From positions 58,444,439 to 58,480,703 of the forward strand of contig NC_068981.1 of the NCBI RefSeq assembly GCF_001194135.2: 36,265 bases of DNA, in the 5' to 3' direction. Every line of letters starts with the position of its first letter. Within the stretch, counting starts at the first letter, position 1. Made by a program: the position numbers and the translations under genes. Below the pieces are notes generated by a model. It did no database searches. It saw only the letters and a program-made list of their open reading frames with translations, and was not told the origin of the DNA. This DNA comes from Octopus bimaculoides (Eukaryota). Below, piece after piece: positions 1 to 35,071 of this stretch.

Positions 1-102
1 TGGCATCTCCAGACCTCTTTCTTTGCATCCTCATTTAGTGCAAGCGTACCATCATCCATGCGAACACATTTCTCTCCTACAACATCACTATTCTCTCTCC
101 TA

Positions 103-144
<42 letters not shown>

Positions 145-169
145 GTATGTGTGTGTGTATATATATATA

Positions 170-225
<56 letters not shown>
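103..225. repeat. Compound (TA)n/(TG)n microsatellite
   Basis: Direct reading. Similar tracts occur at 1070-1129, 8081-8108, 14480-14540 and 30156-30185. Confidence 0.95.
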
Positions 226-228
<3 letters not shown>

Positions 229-429
229 TCGCCATGATAGATTACTAACCACTACACACATTTTTCATATATGGTGTCTGTAATATACTAGCTATTGCAC
301 CTTATTCAATTCAAGCTAGTTGTAGATGATTTTATGTTGGTTTGTTTTTTTGTTTTTTTTTATCATTTTAATTCACAAATTACTAGTGCTTGGTCTGTGA
401 TTTTAGTGGTAACTAAGATTTTTTTGTTC

Positions 430-880
430 ATGTCCCTTTATTTAACAAAGTCTTTTCTTGAATGAGGATGCATATGTGTGAAGTTGTCTCTTGATTTATG
501 CGTAGTGGTTGAATCATTCTGCCTGTGTAATACTCACTGCATTTGCTATACTGGACTGTTACATGATGTAAATTCACACGCTTGTGTCCTTTTTGCAGAT
601 AAGGTAGTTGGCTAGTGTACATGTGTTTCTCTTGCTGGGGGGCTATTTCTTAGATAGGCACTTCCTTTGGGAATATCTTGAGTGTGCCAGCTGTACTTCT
701 TGCTCTTTCCTTCAGATGGTGTTGCAGACATTAATAGTGGTACTTTTGCTGAAGTGTGGTAACTTCAGAGAAGAAATGCTGGCAAAGTTTTTCTATTTCC
801 TGGGTTTGGAGTTCTAACGGTAACTAGTAATGAATACTGGGTATCCATTAATTTCAATCATCTTTTTGTAACTAAGCAGA
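430..880 (-). mobile_element. Degenerate Penelope-like element: RT thumb, linker and GIY-YIG endonuclease fragment
   Basis: Minus-strand frames give NGYP...LKLPHFSKSTT...VQLAH...NTCTLANYLIC and, after a frameshift, QYSKCSEYYTGRMIQPLRI, the order expected at the Penelope ORF C-terminus. Multiple stops. Confidence 0.65.
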
Positions 881-1084
881 GTATTTATGTCACCTTTTAC
901 TGTGATTTTGAGCTGTAAGTTGAATAAGTACAGACATATCTAGTGTCATTGAGGTGTCTAGTGCTGAAACCTGTGCAGTCATCCATACTTTCAAATATTT
1001 CAAATATTGTCTTAGAACCTTCACATAAAGAATAAAGATCAGTATATTATTCACATATCTCATAATGATGTGTGTGTATGTATG

Positions 1085-1132
<48 letters not shown>

Positions 1133-1147
1133 ATTATTGTTTTATAG

Positions 1148-25282
<24,135 letters not shown>

Positions 25283-25903
25283 TTAATATAGATTTTTTCT
25301 TTATTAGCTAACGGAAATGGAAGACAGTAAAATTTACTTTCCTATTTATAGGAAATCTTTATATATATCCTTTAATATCACTTATTAACTTTGTTCTTTA
25401 TCATCTTGTGTTGTTTTTTTTTGCTTTTAAATGATTTCATCTGAAACTAGAAATGTTTTTGCTTTATATTTTCTTTTAGATTTTTACCATTATTATTGTT
25501 TATATACATAATTTTTTCAATTCTAATTTATTCTTCTAAGAATAATGATGGCAAACTTTCATTAAGAGAATTCCTGATACTGCTGTCATTACTACATCTT
25601 GCATATATCAGCAAAAATGAAGTGATCATGTCTTTATTGATTGGATTAATCAGATAAATACTTAGGTTCAAACTATCTTTCTTATTAATGCAAATTATAT
25701 TTCAGTTACTTAAGTATTAATTAAAAGCAAAATGCCAAACAAAATATTCCAGTTGGATTTAATTTTAATGTAAGTCAAATACCTCAAGTTATATATTATC
25801 TTATTTTAGTTCTTTTTAGCAGAAGATGTCTTTGAAAGCAAGTTTGTAACTAAATTTATTTGTTCACTGTCTGCTAGCATGTCTTTTCGTTTTGATTTCT
25901 GTA

Positions 25904-25960
25904 AATAAAACCTTTGCTCCAATCAAATTTTTTTTTTTTGTTTTGTTTGTTATTTTATTT
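25904..25960 (+). terminator. Candidate SPT6 polyadenylation signal
   Basis: AATAAA at 25904-25909 followed about 20 nt later by a T/GT-rich tract (25927-25960), about 620 nt after the stop codon. Confidence 0.5.
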
Positions 25961-26724
25961 GAGAAAATCAATGTGCTGAAAGTTGGCACTTGGGTCATTA
26001 TAGTGTAAACTCTAACTTGCCAACAGACATCGAAATATTGCTAGTGAACAAAGGAAATTCATAAATACTACAATCATGAGACTGATCTACCTTCCGTGAA
26101 AACATACTTTTCCTCAAAAAAGAGAATTGGTGTGAGGATCAAGAATTAGAACCATTAATTGGCATAGATGATTACTAGGAATTTCTGAGAGAGGCGATTG
26201 TATTTTTAAGGATATTGCAACAAGTAACAGAATTGGAATAGTGCCAGACAAAAAAATACCTTGCAGTATTTAGTTACATTCTTATGTGTTCTGAATCAAA
26301 TCTCACCAAGTTTTGCCTTGCCAATCATAATTATGAGGTTAATAAAATATGTACTAGGATAAATTAAAATGGCATGCTACAATAAAAACCCAGTCTGCAG
26401 TGTTTGAAGATGGGAAGAATACTTGTCAAAAGTCCTTCAAGAAAGCAGATAGTTGGAAGCACCATCCAAATGCATTAAAATATGGTGCACAAGTGCTGCA
26501 TTTATTTTAAAATAAAGTATTAAAATATCTAAACTACATACAAAAAGTGTGTCACCAAATAGGAAATAATTCATAAAATGAAATGAAGGAATAAATGAAA
26601 AATTCTGTAGAATTGCTGAAAAGTATTGTGGGTGCCTTTTCTTTTCTTTTTCTCATTTATACAGAAAGGGATAAAAGATATATACACAAAAATATGTATA
26701 CACATACAAATAAGCTACTGTAGC

Positions 26725-27085
26725 TAGTGTTTATCAACCTGGAGAAGGCCTATGACAGGATACTTTGCTCTTTAATTTTGTAGTCACTGAGGAAGCTAGG
26801 AGTAGAGGAATGGCTTGCAAGGATTGTACAAGTACAGTCAATAATATGAGTAAAGCTGCAACTTTAGAATCCTAATAGGAGTCTATCAGGGGTTAGTTCT
26901 CAGTGTCCCTTCTCTTAGAATTTAAGTTCCAAATGTGGAAGCAAAACTTTGTATCAAGAGGTTGAAAGTAAAGTTAGCAAAAACTAAAGAATTGATTGCT
27001 AGGAAAGAAGACAGGATCCTGCTACTGAAACAAAAATTACCTTGCTTGACATGCAGAAAAGAAGTCGGAATTCCACAAGTTATAC
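26725..27085 (+). mobile_element. Highly degenerate RTE RT fragment
   Basis: FINLEKAYDR...LRKLGVEEWL...HQGLVLS-like segments, then LKVKLAKTKELIARKEDRILL..KLPCLTCRKEVG. Confidence 0.7.
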
Positions 27086-27335
27086 TCACTGTTAACTATG
27101 GAAACTCACAAGGTGAAGTGGAATCACAGACAGTGAAAGTAATGCATGAGGAGGATACAAACAAGGAAAAATTCTCTCAAATACTCAAAAGGCTGCCAAT
27201 GATGATGATGATGACTGGTGTACACCTAGAAATTCATAAATGACATATATATTCGGTTTTAGAGCTAATTACTTGCAGCAAACTGTTATGAAAGACATGA
27301 GCTAAATGAAATACACATTTTCCTTTGTCATTTAT

Positions 27336-27655
27336 TTGGAAATATGCTGTGTGTGAGAGGACCCGGCAAGCCAAGTGAGACCATAATCCAAGGCCTCTGC
27401 CAGGGGAGTAGCCAGCCCGCTTATGCATACCTTTTCTTCATTGGACACTAAACTCTGCTTGCGAAGACCTTTTGAGGCAAGTGAAATTAAAATCGAACTA
27501 AATTCGACGACTGGCACCCATGCCAACGTCTACTTCATTGGACACTGAACTCGGCTTCCAAAGACCTGTTGGGGCAAGTGAAAGCAAAATCGTGATGGCA
27601 CCTGTACCAGTGGAGCGCTAACAGCAGCGTCCAAGCGTGATCGTTATCTGGCTTC
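27336..27655 (+). mobile_element. RTE 3' end: last ORF codons (WKYAVCERTRQAK*) plus the repeated 3' UTR module
   Basis: Starts TTGGAAATATGCTG; two CATTGGACACT.AACTC.GCTT..AAGACC..TTG.GGCAAGTGAAA units; inverse homologue of 29140-29356 plus 29768-29870. Confidence 0.8.
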
Positions 27656-27726
27656 CATTTTAGTGTCGGAGTCCATGCATTTCTTTCTTTCCTTCGATCG
27701 TTCGTTTCCTTTCCCGGAACCTCACT

Positions 27727-28397
27727 GGGGAGGGGAGTGATGTAGTGAATCATTGCAGGCATGAAGTGGATTCGATCCATCATAACCAAATTTCAAGTAA
27801 CAGTTCAACAGAACTTTTCTCATGGTGAAACAATAGTTTTTCTGTGACAGCAGTTTTACATTTGCCAGATTGCCTTAGCTAGGCCAAAATAATGTCTTCA
27901 CCACTTGTCTAGCCTCTCCTAGACCACCAAAAGCTAGAATTAAGATAACAAGTACCACCAACTAAATCCATTCTCAATGATATGTCTATCCTTTTAGATA
28001 GTTATAAAAGCAAGAACCCCAAGCAAAAATCAGTTAGTCACTTGATGATAACTCAGTCAGTCAGTTGGTGAGAACGGAGTCTGGCTGACAGGCTAAACAA
28101 AACGCCATTACAAAAAGAAAAGGGCAAAGAGAACGACTATGGTATCTCGCCAATGAAGCAGTTGTTACATCCCACACTAACTCACTTTCTCTTCTCTGCA
28201 CATTACCATATCTCTCTCTGTTGTTTACTAATACAATAAGAACATACAGGCCAAAATTAACTTTTTTACTTCGCATGTCCTACGATTTCATCACCTGCCC
28301 GTCAAGGTTTTGGTATTGTATAATGTAACGGTATTTTCTTCACAACTTCAATCACTGTTCTTTCATCCTTACATAATGAAGAATTTCAACCTTTACA
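27727..28397 (+). mobile_element. LTR-retrotransposon 3' LTR with polypurine tract
   Basis: GGGGAGGGGAGTGA (27727-27740) abuts TGTAGTG at 27741; ends CTTTACA at 28397; TATAAAAG at 28003; homologous to 31132-31854. Confidence 0.7.
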
Positions 28398-28415
28398 TAC
28401 ATATATATATATATA

Positions 28416-29870
28416 TCATCATCATCGTTTAACGTCCGCTTTTCATGCTAGCATGGGTTGGACGATTTGACTGAGGACTGGTGAAACCAGATGGCTACAC
28501 CAGGCTCCAATCTGATTTGGCAGAGTTTCTACAGCTGGATGCCCTTCCTAACGCCAACCACTCAGAGAGTGTAGTGGGTGCTTTTACGTGTCACTCGCAC
28601 GGAGGCCAGTCAGGCGGTACTGGCAACGGCCACGCTCAAAATGGTGTATTTTATGTGCCACCCGCACAAGAGCCAGTCCAGGGGCACTGGCAACGATCTC
28701 ACTCGAAGGTGCTTACACATGCTGCGGGCACAAGTGCCAGAAAGCCGACGCTGGGCACAGGTGCCATCANNNNNNNNNNNNNNNNNNNNNNNNNNNNNNN
28801 NNNNNNNNNNNNNNNNNNNNNNNNNNNNNNNNNNNNNNNNNNNNNNNNNNNNNNNNNNNNNNNNNNNNNNNNNNNNNNNNNNNNNNNNNNNNNNNNNNNN
28901 NNNNNNNNNNNNNNNNNNNNNNCAATGGTTTATTTTATGTGCCACCCGCACAAGAGCCGATCCAGGGGCATTGGCAACGATCTCTACGAAGGCCAGTCAG
29001 GCGGTGCTGGCAACGGCCACGCTCAAAATGGTGTATTTTATGTGCCACCCGCACAAGAGCCAGTCCAGGGGCACTGGCAACGATCTCACTCGAAGGTGCT
29101 TACACATGCTGCGGGCACAAGTGCCAGAAAGCCGACGCTGGGCACAGGTGCCATCACGAGCCCCAATAAGTCTTCGCAAGCTGAGTTTCGTGTCCAATGA
29201 GGGAGACGACGTTGGCATGGGTTCCAGTCGTCCAATTTAACTCGATTTCGATTTCACTTGCTTCAACAGGTCTTCGCAAGTGGAAGTTTAGTGTCCAATT
29301 TAACTCGATTTCGATTTCACTTGCCTCAACAGGTCTTCGCAAGTGGAGTTTAGTGTTGTAAAAGTTTGATAGTTGTAATAGAGACTTTAGTCTCTCGCTA
29401 TCACCTTTTAACAGCATTATGAATGAAGAGACATCAGAACAATTAACAATGTAATAAAAAGGTTTTATTTATGATGATACTTGGTTATACAAATTCCTGT
29501 CATTCAGCTTAGCAGCCGCTGATTAAATTATAGTTGGTAGTGGAAGGTTAAGGGCTTCCTTGATGCCTTCCAGAGAACAGTGTAAAAGTGCTGCGTGGTG
29601 TCGTCATGTAGAAGGTCTGAGCTCAACTCACTAAGATAATGAAACTAACGGTTTAAGTACGAGTTTTACTACGCATGCGCAACTCGAGGGGCTTCCGATG
29701 GTGAAGTCCCCTGCGCATGCGCAGAAATGTACTTCCTCAATGGCGGCTATAATTTCGCGCCACTACAGTGTCCAATGAAGGAAGGAACGTACGCATAAGT
29801 GGACTGGCTGGGCCTTAGAGTTAGGTCTCACTTGGCTTGCCGGGTCTTCTCACGCACAGCATATTTCCAA
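28416..29870 (-). mobile_element. RTE 3' end with expanded modular 3' UTR, interrupted by a solo LTR and an N-gap
   Basis: (GAT)n tail at 28416; 103-bp tandem modules; ORF end WKYAVREKTRQAK* at 29870-29829; the sequence ...TTTAGTGT|CCAATG is split by the insertion at 29357-29767. Confidence 0.85.
29357..29767 (-). mobile_element. Solo LTR (411 bp), Ty3/Gypsy-like
   Basis: TGTA...TACA termini; 4-bp TSD GTGT at 29353-29356 and 29768-29771; minus strand begins TGTAGTGG; promoter-like motifs near its 5' end and AATAAA near its 3' end (TTTATT at 29464-29469). Confidence 0.8.
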
Positions 29871-30152
29871 TTGGCAGAGTTTCTGCAGCTGGATGCCCTT
29901 CCTAACGCCAACCACTCAGAGAGTGTAGTGGGTGCTTTTACGTGCCACGGGCACGAAGGCCAGTCAAGCGGCACCGGCAACGGCCACGCTCAAAATGGTG
30001 TATTCTATGTGCCACCCGCACAAGAGCCAATCCAGGGGCACTGGCAACGATCTCTACGAAGGCCAGTCAGGCGGTACTGGCAACGGCCACGCTCAAAATG
30101 GTGTATTTTATGTGCCACCCGCACAAGAGCCAGTCCAGGGGCACTGGCAACG

Positions 30153-30156
<4 letters not shown>
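29871..30156 (-). mobile_element. Second partial RTE 3' UTR copy with two 103-bp modules
   Basis: Near-identical to 28518-28700; module period 29955 to 30058. Confidence 0.85.
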
Positions 30157-30187
<31 letters not shown>

Positions 30188-30424
30188 CATAACTGGTAAG
30201 GTGGTAGGGGTTCACTACCCCGCTTGCAATTTATATTGGGTGGAGGTTGCATCGAATAACCAGCTGGAGGAGGTGTTCTCCTGGGGTTAAAAATAGCAGT
30301 TGTATCGGTTCCTACAGAACAGCTATGTTTAAGTGGTAATAAACATTACTTCTCGGTATAGTTACTGTGTTATTGCTTTCATCTCTTATAGAGATTTTCT
30401 AACTAGCTAATTCGTACACACACA

Positions 30425-31123
30425 CACGAGGATCAGTCAAAAATTACACGCACTCTTGTTTCTGTAATTTATTAAAACAAAAGCGGAGAACGGTCCACAT
30501 GCTTGCTTATTCCATCAGAGAAGAATGTTTACAGCTCGTCACAGTCATTTATGCACTTCTGCAACTATAACTACCTAGTAAAGGATGTTTCAGCGTTCCA
30601 AAGAGGTAATAGTGGGAAGGAACAAGATCTAAATTGTATGCAGTGTGTTCCAACAAATCAAAACCCATTTTTGTAATAGTTTCAAAGGTGTGGGCGGCTA
30701 TATGGGGGTGTGCGTTGTCAAGCAACAAAAACACTTGCTTTGACAGTAGACCTTGGCGTTTAGTGTGAATTACTGGTTTCAGTTTGTTGGTCAGCATTTC
30801 ACTGTAACCTTTACTGGTAACTGTAGACCCCTTTTCCAGGTAATGTTTCAGGATAGGCCCTTCTGCACCCACTAAAAACAGGTAGCAGCACTTTTTCTGC
30901 AGAAGGTCAAGTCTTGAATTTCTTTTTCGCCCTCGATCCACTCATTAACATTTCTATGTGGTAGAGCCCTGTTCTCGAATTGTACTGTAGCCTGCGATGA
31001 ATTTCAAGCCAGAGAAATTGGAGTACTGGTCTCTGTTTTTCCCTTAATGCAGACCGCCAGCGAAGTGGCCAACATAAAGGAAGCTTTAGCGAAAGTGCGG
31101 ATAATTTTTGACTTCTCCTCGTA
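30425..31123 (-). mobile_element. Internally deleted mariner (DD34D-type) with both TIRs
   Basis: TIRs CACGAGGATCAGTCAAAAATTACACGCACT and AGTGCGGATAATTTTTGACTTCTCCTCGTA (25/30); ORF 30549-30941 has HYLEKGSTVTS..Y and LLLDNAHPH...HTAYNLDLVPSHYYLFG. Confidence 0.85.
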
Positions 31124-31131
31124 TATATATA

Positions 31132-31854
31132 TGTAGTGGATCCAGTAGGCATGAAGTGGATTCGATTCATCATAGCGAAATTTAAATTAACACTTCAACA
31201 GAAATTTTCTCACAGTAAAACAATAGTTTTTCTGTGATAGCAGTTTTACATTTGCCAGATTGCCTTAACTAGGCTGAAATAAAATCTTCACCACTTGATC
31301 TTTCTAACCTCTTCTATTTCACCAAAAGCTAGAATTAAGATAACAAGTACCATCAACTAAATCCATTGTTCTCAAAATATGTTTATCCTTCTGGATAGTT
31401 ATAAAAGCAAGAACCCCAAGCAAAAATCAGTTAATCACTTGGTGACAACTGAGTTAGCTCGTGACAACTCAATCAGTTAGTTAATGAATGACAAACTCGA
31501 GTCAGAGACAGCTACCATCATTTAGGAAAATCATGATCCAAAGCAAGGCAGCTACTAAAGACAATGGTCAAATGGAGAAATGAAATTTATTGTCAGCAGC
31601 TACGAGACCCAACTTCCCACACTCTCTCACTTTCACTAACTCATTTTGTCTTCTTTGCACAATACCATATCTACTACAAAACAAACACACAGGCCGAAAT
31701 TTACTTTTTTACTTCACACGCCCGAGGATTTTATCACCTGCCTGTCAAGACAAGGTATATTCGATGTAACGGTAAATAAATATTTTCTTCACAACTTCAA
31801 TCACTGTTCTTTCATCTTTATATAATGGCTATCAATGAAGAACCAATCCTTACA
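31132..31854 (+). mobile_element. LTR, same family as 27741-28397 (probably solo)
   Basis: TGTAGTG...CTTACA; TATAAAAG at 31400; AATAAA near 31775; colinear with 27741-28397 apart from a diverged middle. A possible alternative end is at 31953. Confidence 0.65.
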
Positions 31855-32094
31855 CGCTGATTACAACTCCGACATTCCATCCTACTGTGTATCGACTATC
31901 ATCGTATCGACGTTTATCATATTATTGTTTATCAGTTAATATCTTCCGTTACATATATGTGTGTGTATGTATGTAGTCCACCTAAGCACTAGATACAACA
32001 ATTTCTTTCATATATATAAATGGTGGCAGGAAAGAATCTGTCCATAGAAAACTGCCTAACTGTCATGGATAAGTGAACGTTGAATGATAATATA

Positions 32095-32285
32095 GATTTA
32101 AACTGGCACTCCATCGAATACGACAACTAGGGTCCTAGTTGAACCGATCAACGAAACAGCCTGCTTGTGAAATTACCAGGCAAGTGGCTGAGTACGTCAC
32201 AGGCAAGCAAACCCTTATCGTCGTTCTCAGAGATCCGGAGTGACACAGAATATAACACGGTTGGCCCTTTGAAATACGGGTACTT
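32095..32285 (+). mobile_element. SINE-like interspersed repeat (third family)
   Basis: GC-richer block AACAGCCTGCTTGTGAAATTA...CAAGTGGCTGAGTAC...GGCCCTTTGAAATAC, which I recall as a common octopus SINE core. Family assignment unverified. Confidence 0.45.
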
Positions 32286-32599
32286 TGCGAAGACCAAAGT
32301 TTCATTATGCAGGAAAATAGACAGGACTTTACTCCGTTCAGGAAAATGATCCTGCCAATATATAGAAAAGAAATAAGTAGAAATACCATATAGTGTAATT
32401 CAGTGTAAGCTGTGGAAACACAAGAGAGGCACTGCAATCAAAGGAAGGTAAACGGAGGAAATAGACTTAGCGTTTATTACTCTTGCCCATTGTACACAAA
32501 GAATACATGGAAAGTGTGTGTGTGTATGATGGACAGAAGATTACGTGTATGTAATTTGTATGTCAAGTATTTAGCTCCATTGAGTACGCAATGTAACTT

Positions 32600-33060
32600 T
32601 TTTTTATCGTCTTAACGATCTCCTAGTCTTGCTTGTCAATTTCAATGTTTCTTTCGACATCAACTTCTTTCATTTCTCCTCCCCTTCAGTTGCATTTAAC
32701 TCACACCTACCTACCATTAAAGTTTTATAAAGTTGCTCCGACAACTAACAACTGATGTCAATAGTTTGTTCCATACTTCAGCAACTCTTAGCGTGAAAAA
32801 GTGTTTCCGAAAGTCATGGGAACTGCGCTGTTTTCTGACTTTGTAAACATGTCCACGGGTGTTAAACAGGTGGAATTTGAAAAGGTGCTCAGAGTTATTG
32901 TTAGTAAGATGGTTAATAATTTTATGGGTGTCTGCCAAGTCAGTTGCCAGACGTCGGAGTTTCAATGTATCCATGTCCAGGGAAGTAAGGCGTTCAGAGT
33001 ATGGCAAAAGCCTGATGGAGGTTATTCTCTTGGTTGCATGTCGCTGAACGGTTTCCAGTC
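32600..33060 (-). mobile_element. CR1-group LINE 3' end
   Basis: PYSERLTSLDMDTLKLRRLATDL...NTRGHVYKVRK...RKHFFTLRVAEVWNKL, the typical CR1/L2 ORF2 C-terminal TRGH / FF..RV..WN.L signature. Confidence 0.85.
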
Positions 33061-33169
33061 GATTAATATGTAAGTTGTACGTCTGTCTGTCTGTATGTAT
33101 GTATGTACGTACGTATGTATCTTATACTTCTCTGGATTTTACCTCTGGATTTTTGTTAAGCATATCGCC

Positions 33170-33400
33170 GACCATCTCGGACCTTCATCAGCTCCTCTGT
33201 GAGGCTCCAAGTTCTGAGATCACCCATCACGATATTATCCTATAGCTTTCTGGGTCTGTCTCTCCAAGCTCAATTCATATTAAGTCATCAGTACTTTTTT
33301 TATATAATTATCTTCATCCATACCCGTCACATGTTCGTACCAACGCGGTCTTCTGTCTTGCAAATTACATCTGATTCTTTTTATAACCCAACTTTTCTCT
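33170..33400 (-). mobile_element. Degenerate RTE ORF C-terminal fragment
   Basis: VQDRRPRWYEHVTGMDEDNYIKK...RDRPRKL*DNIVMGDLRTWSLTEE resembles RLRWYGHV.RMDED...GRPRKTW...DLR.LGLTE. Confidence 0.6.
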
Positions 33401-34588
33401 CAACATATTTGACTTTGTCAACCAATGATGTCAAATCCTTCCATCTATAACCATCCCGCCCCTCTCTCAGGCATTTCGTATCTAGGATAACACCATACAA
33501 TGTATCTTCTCCTTCCTAAGAAAGTATTATGTAATTTAAGGAATATTTACCTGTTATTTCTAGCAATTCGAGTGACCACTACAGTAGATGAAAACTGCTT
33601 TTCAAAAACGAAATCAATAGCAGTAATCTCCCTTGCCTTCAATCGTTAATGTCGGTTCCTCTTTAGAACATGTTAGAAGCTTGAATGTTATATCATCAGG
33701 AAATATACGCATTCATAATGTAATTATTCCGTATTATCCATTAAATCTTTAACTGTAAGTATTTATACATTCTCTTTATATCAATTTACGACGTTTAAAA
33801 GTAAAGTAGTTTAAAGTGCACATGTTATTTCACTGAAACTAACGCCGTACCTCAAATTCATTGTTTGCTGAACAAACTTGCGAAAAGCAACGCGTTATAT
33901 CTTGCCATCTCTTCTTTTCCCAATACAGCGAATTTTTGTGTGTGGAATATGATACAAAGCACTCTTGTTCAGACCCCAATGCTTAAACAAAATTATATTC
34001 ATCGGTTTAACATGTGACATGACAAGGAAGAAAAATCGACACAAGGACTTGAAAGTATTCCAGTTATTAGTCCCGAAGGGTTGAAACCAAAGTTGACCTT
34101 GGTGGAATGTGAACACTGATCCGAGAGAGCCAGGACAAATACCGCAAGCTGTTCTCTCCGATTATCTAAAGACACCTTCAAATGTAATTCTCTACCTTAA
34201 TATACGATTCATTCACTATGTTATTAGTCAAGGCAATTTGTTCCCCTATCATTTTTGTCAATGGGCCACTTGAAGATTTTTACCAAAATTTTTCACCACT
34301 CACTGTCTTATTCTTATTGGGTACTTTATTTTTATCCACGTAAGAGGAATGAAAAGCAAGGTCTTTTCCAGCGAGATTTGGATGTAAAGATGCATAGAAT
34401 TTTGTCCAGTAGCTACTTATTCTACCATCCACAACCTCAGTAATGAAAACTTTGATTTCTAACTTGACACTAGGCCACAATTTTACGGTTAGAGGTATAG
34501 TCGCTCAAATAGATTCCAATACACAACTAATACTTGTTTTATCGATATGGGAAGGATAAAAGCCAAAGTTGATCCCAGCAGAACTTTC

Positions 34589-35036
34589 GGCACTATCATG
34601 CTATTAGCTGTCAGAAGTGAAAGTGCTCACTGCTAGTGAAGTGTCTGTCTGTCTGCCTGTCTGTTGCTGGCCTGTCGATTCTTTGGCTACTGACAGCTAA
34701 TACCATGACTGGCCGGAGCGAGCTATTAGCTTACTTACTTACTGATATCTATCTACTATCTATCTATCTATCAATCACTCGTCCACCTTATTAGAAAACA
34801 CAAATTTAATATAAAAACATATTTCCTGAAATTGCAAATTATTTAAAATATAAAAATATAATTTTCAACAGAGAGAATTTATCAAAATAGAAAACAAATG
34901 AAGTTTGAAGTTTAAAAATAATAGGATCGACCACTCACGACTAGCTAGCGCGGACGCGAGTACCCTTATACTTTGTGTTGTGTTTTCAAACGCATGGATA
35001 TAGGTGTCAAATTTGTTCCAATAACTTTCGAGTAAT

Positions 35037-35071
<35 letters not shown>

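Noticed and set aside
599-603. Apparent 5-nt microexon TTTTGCAG|ATAAG|GTAGTT
   Set aside because: It lies inside the antisense Penelope relic, and the upstream SPT6 exon is outside the window, so phase cannot be tested.
29252-29331. Hammerhead-like CTGTTGA-GGCAAGT-GAAA on the minus strand
   Set aside because: The invariant A of CUGANGA is T, stem II cannot form, and there is no UH cleavage triplet after stem III; the CACTTGC/GCAAGTG hairpin competes.
29660-29765. NRF1/ETS/YY1 cluster as the promoter of a neighbouring host gene
   Set aside because: It lies wholly within a TSD-flanked solo LTR, and no exons of another gene were found in the window.
28481-30290. Long ORFs (163-239 aa) and a CRISPR-like repeat appearance
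   Set aside because: The ORFs are antisense read-throughs of GC-rich RTE UTR tandem modules and span an N-gap. The repeats are contiguous with no unique spacers, and there are no cas genes in this eukaryotic context.
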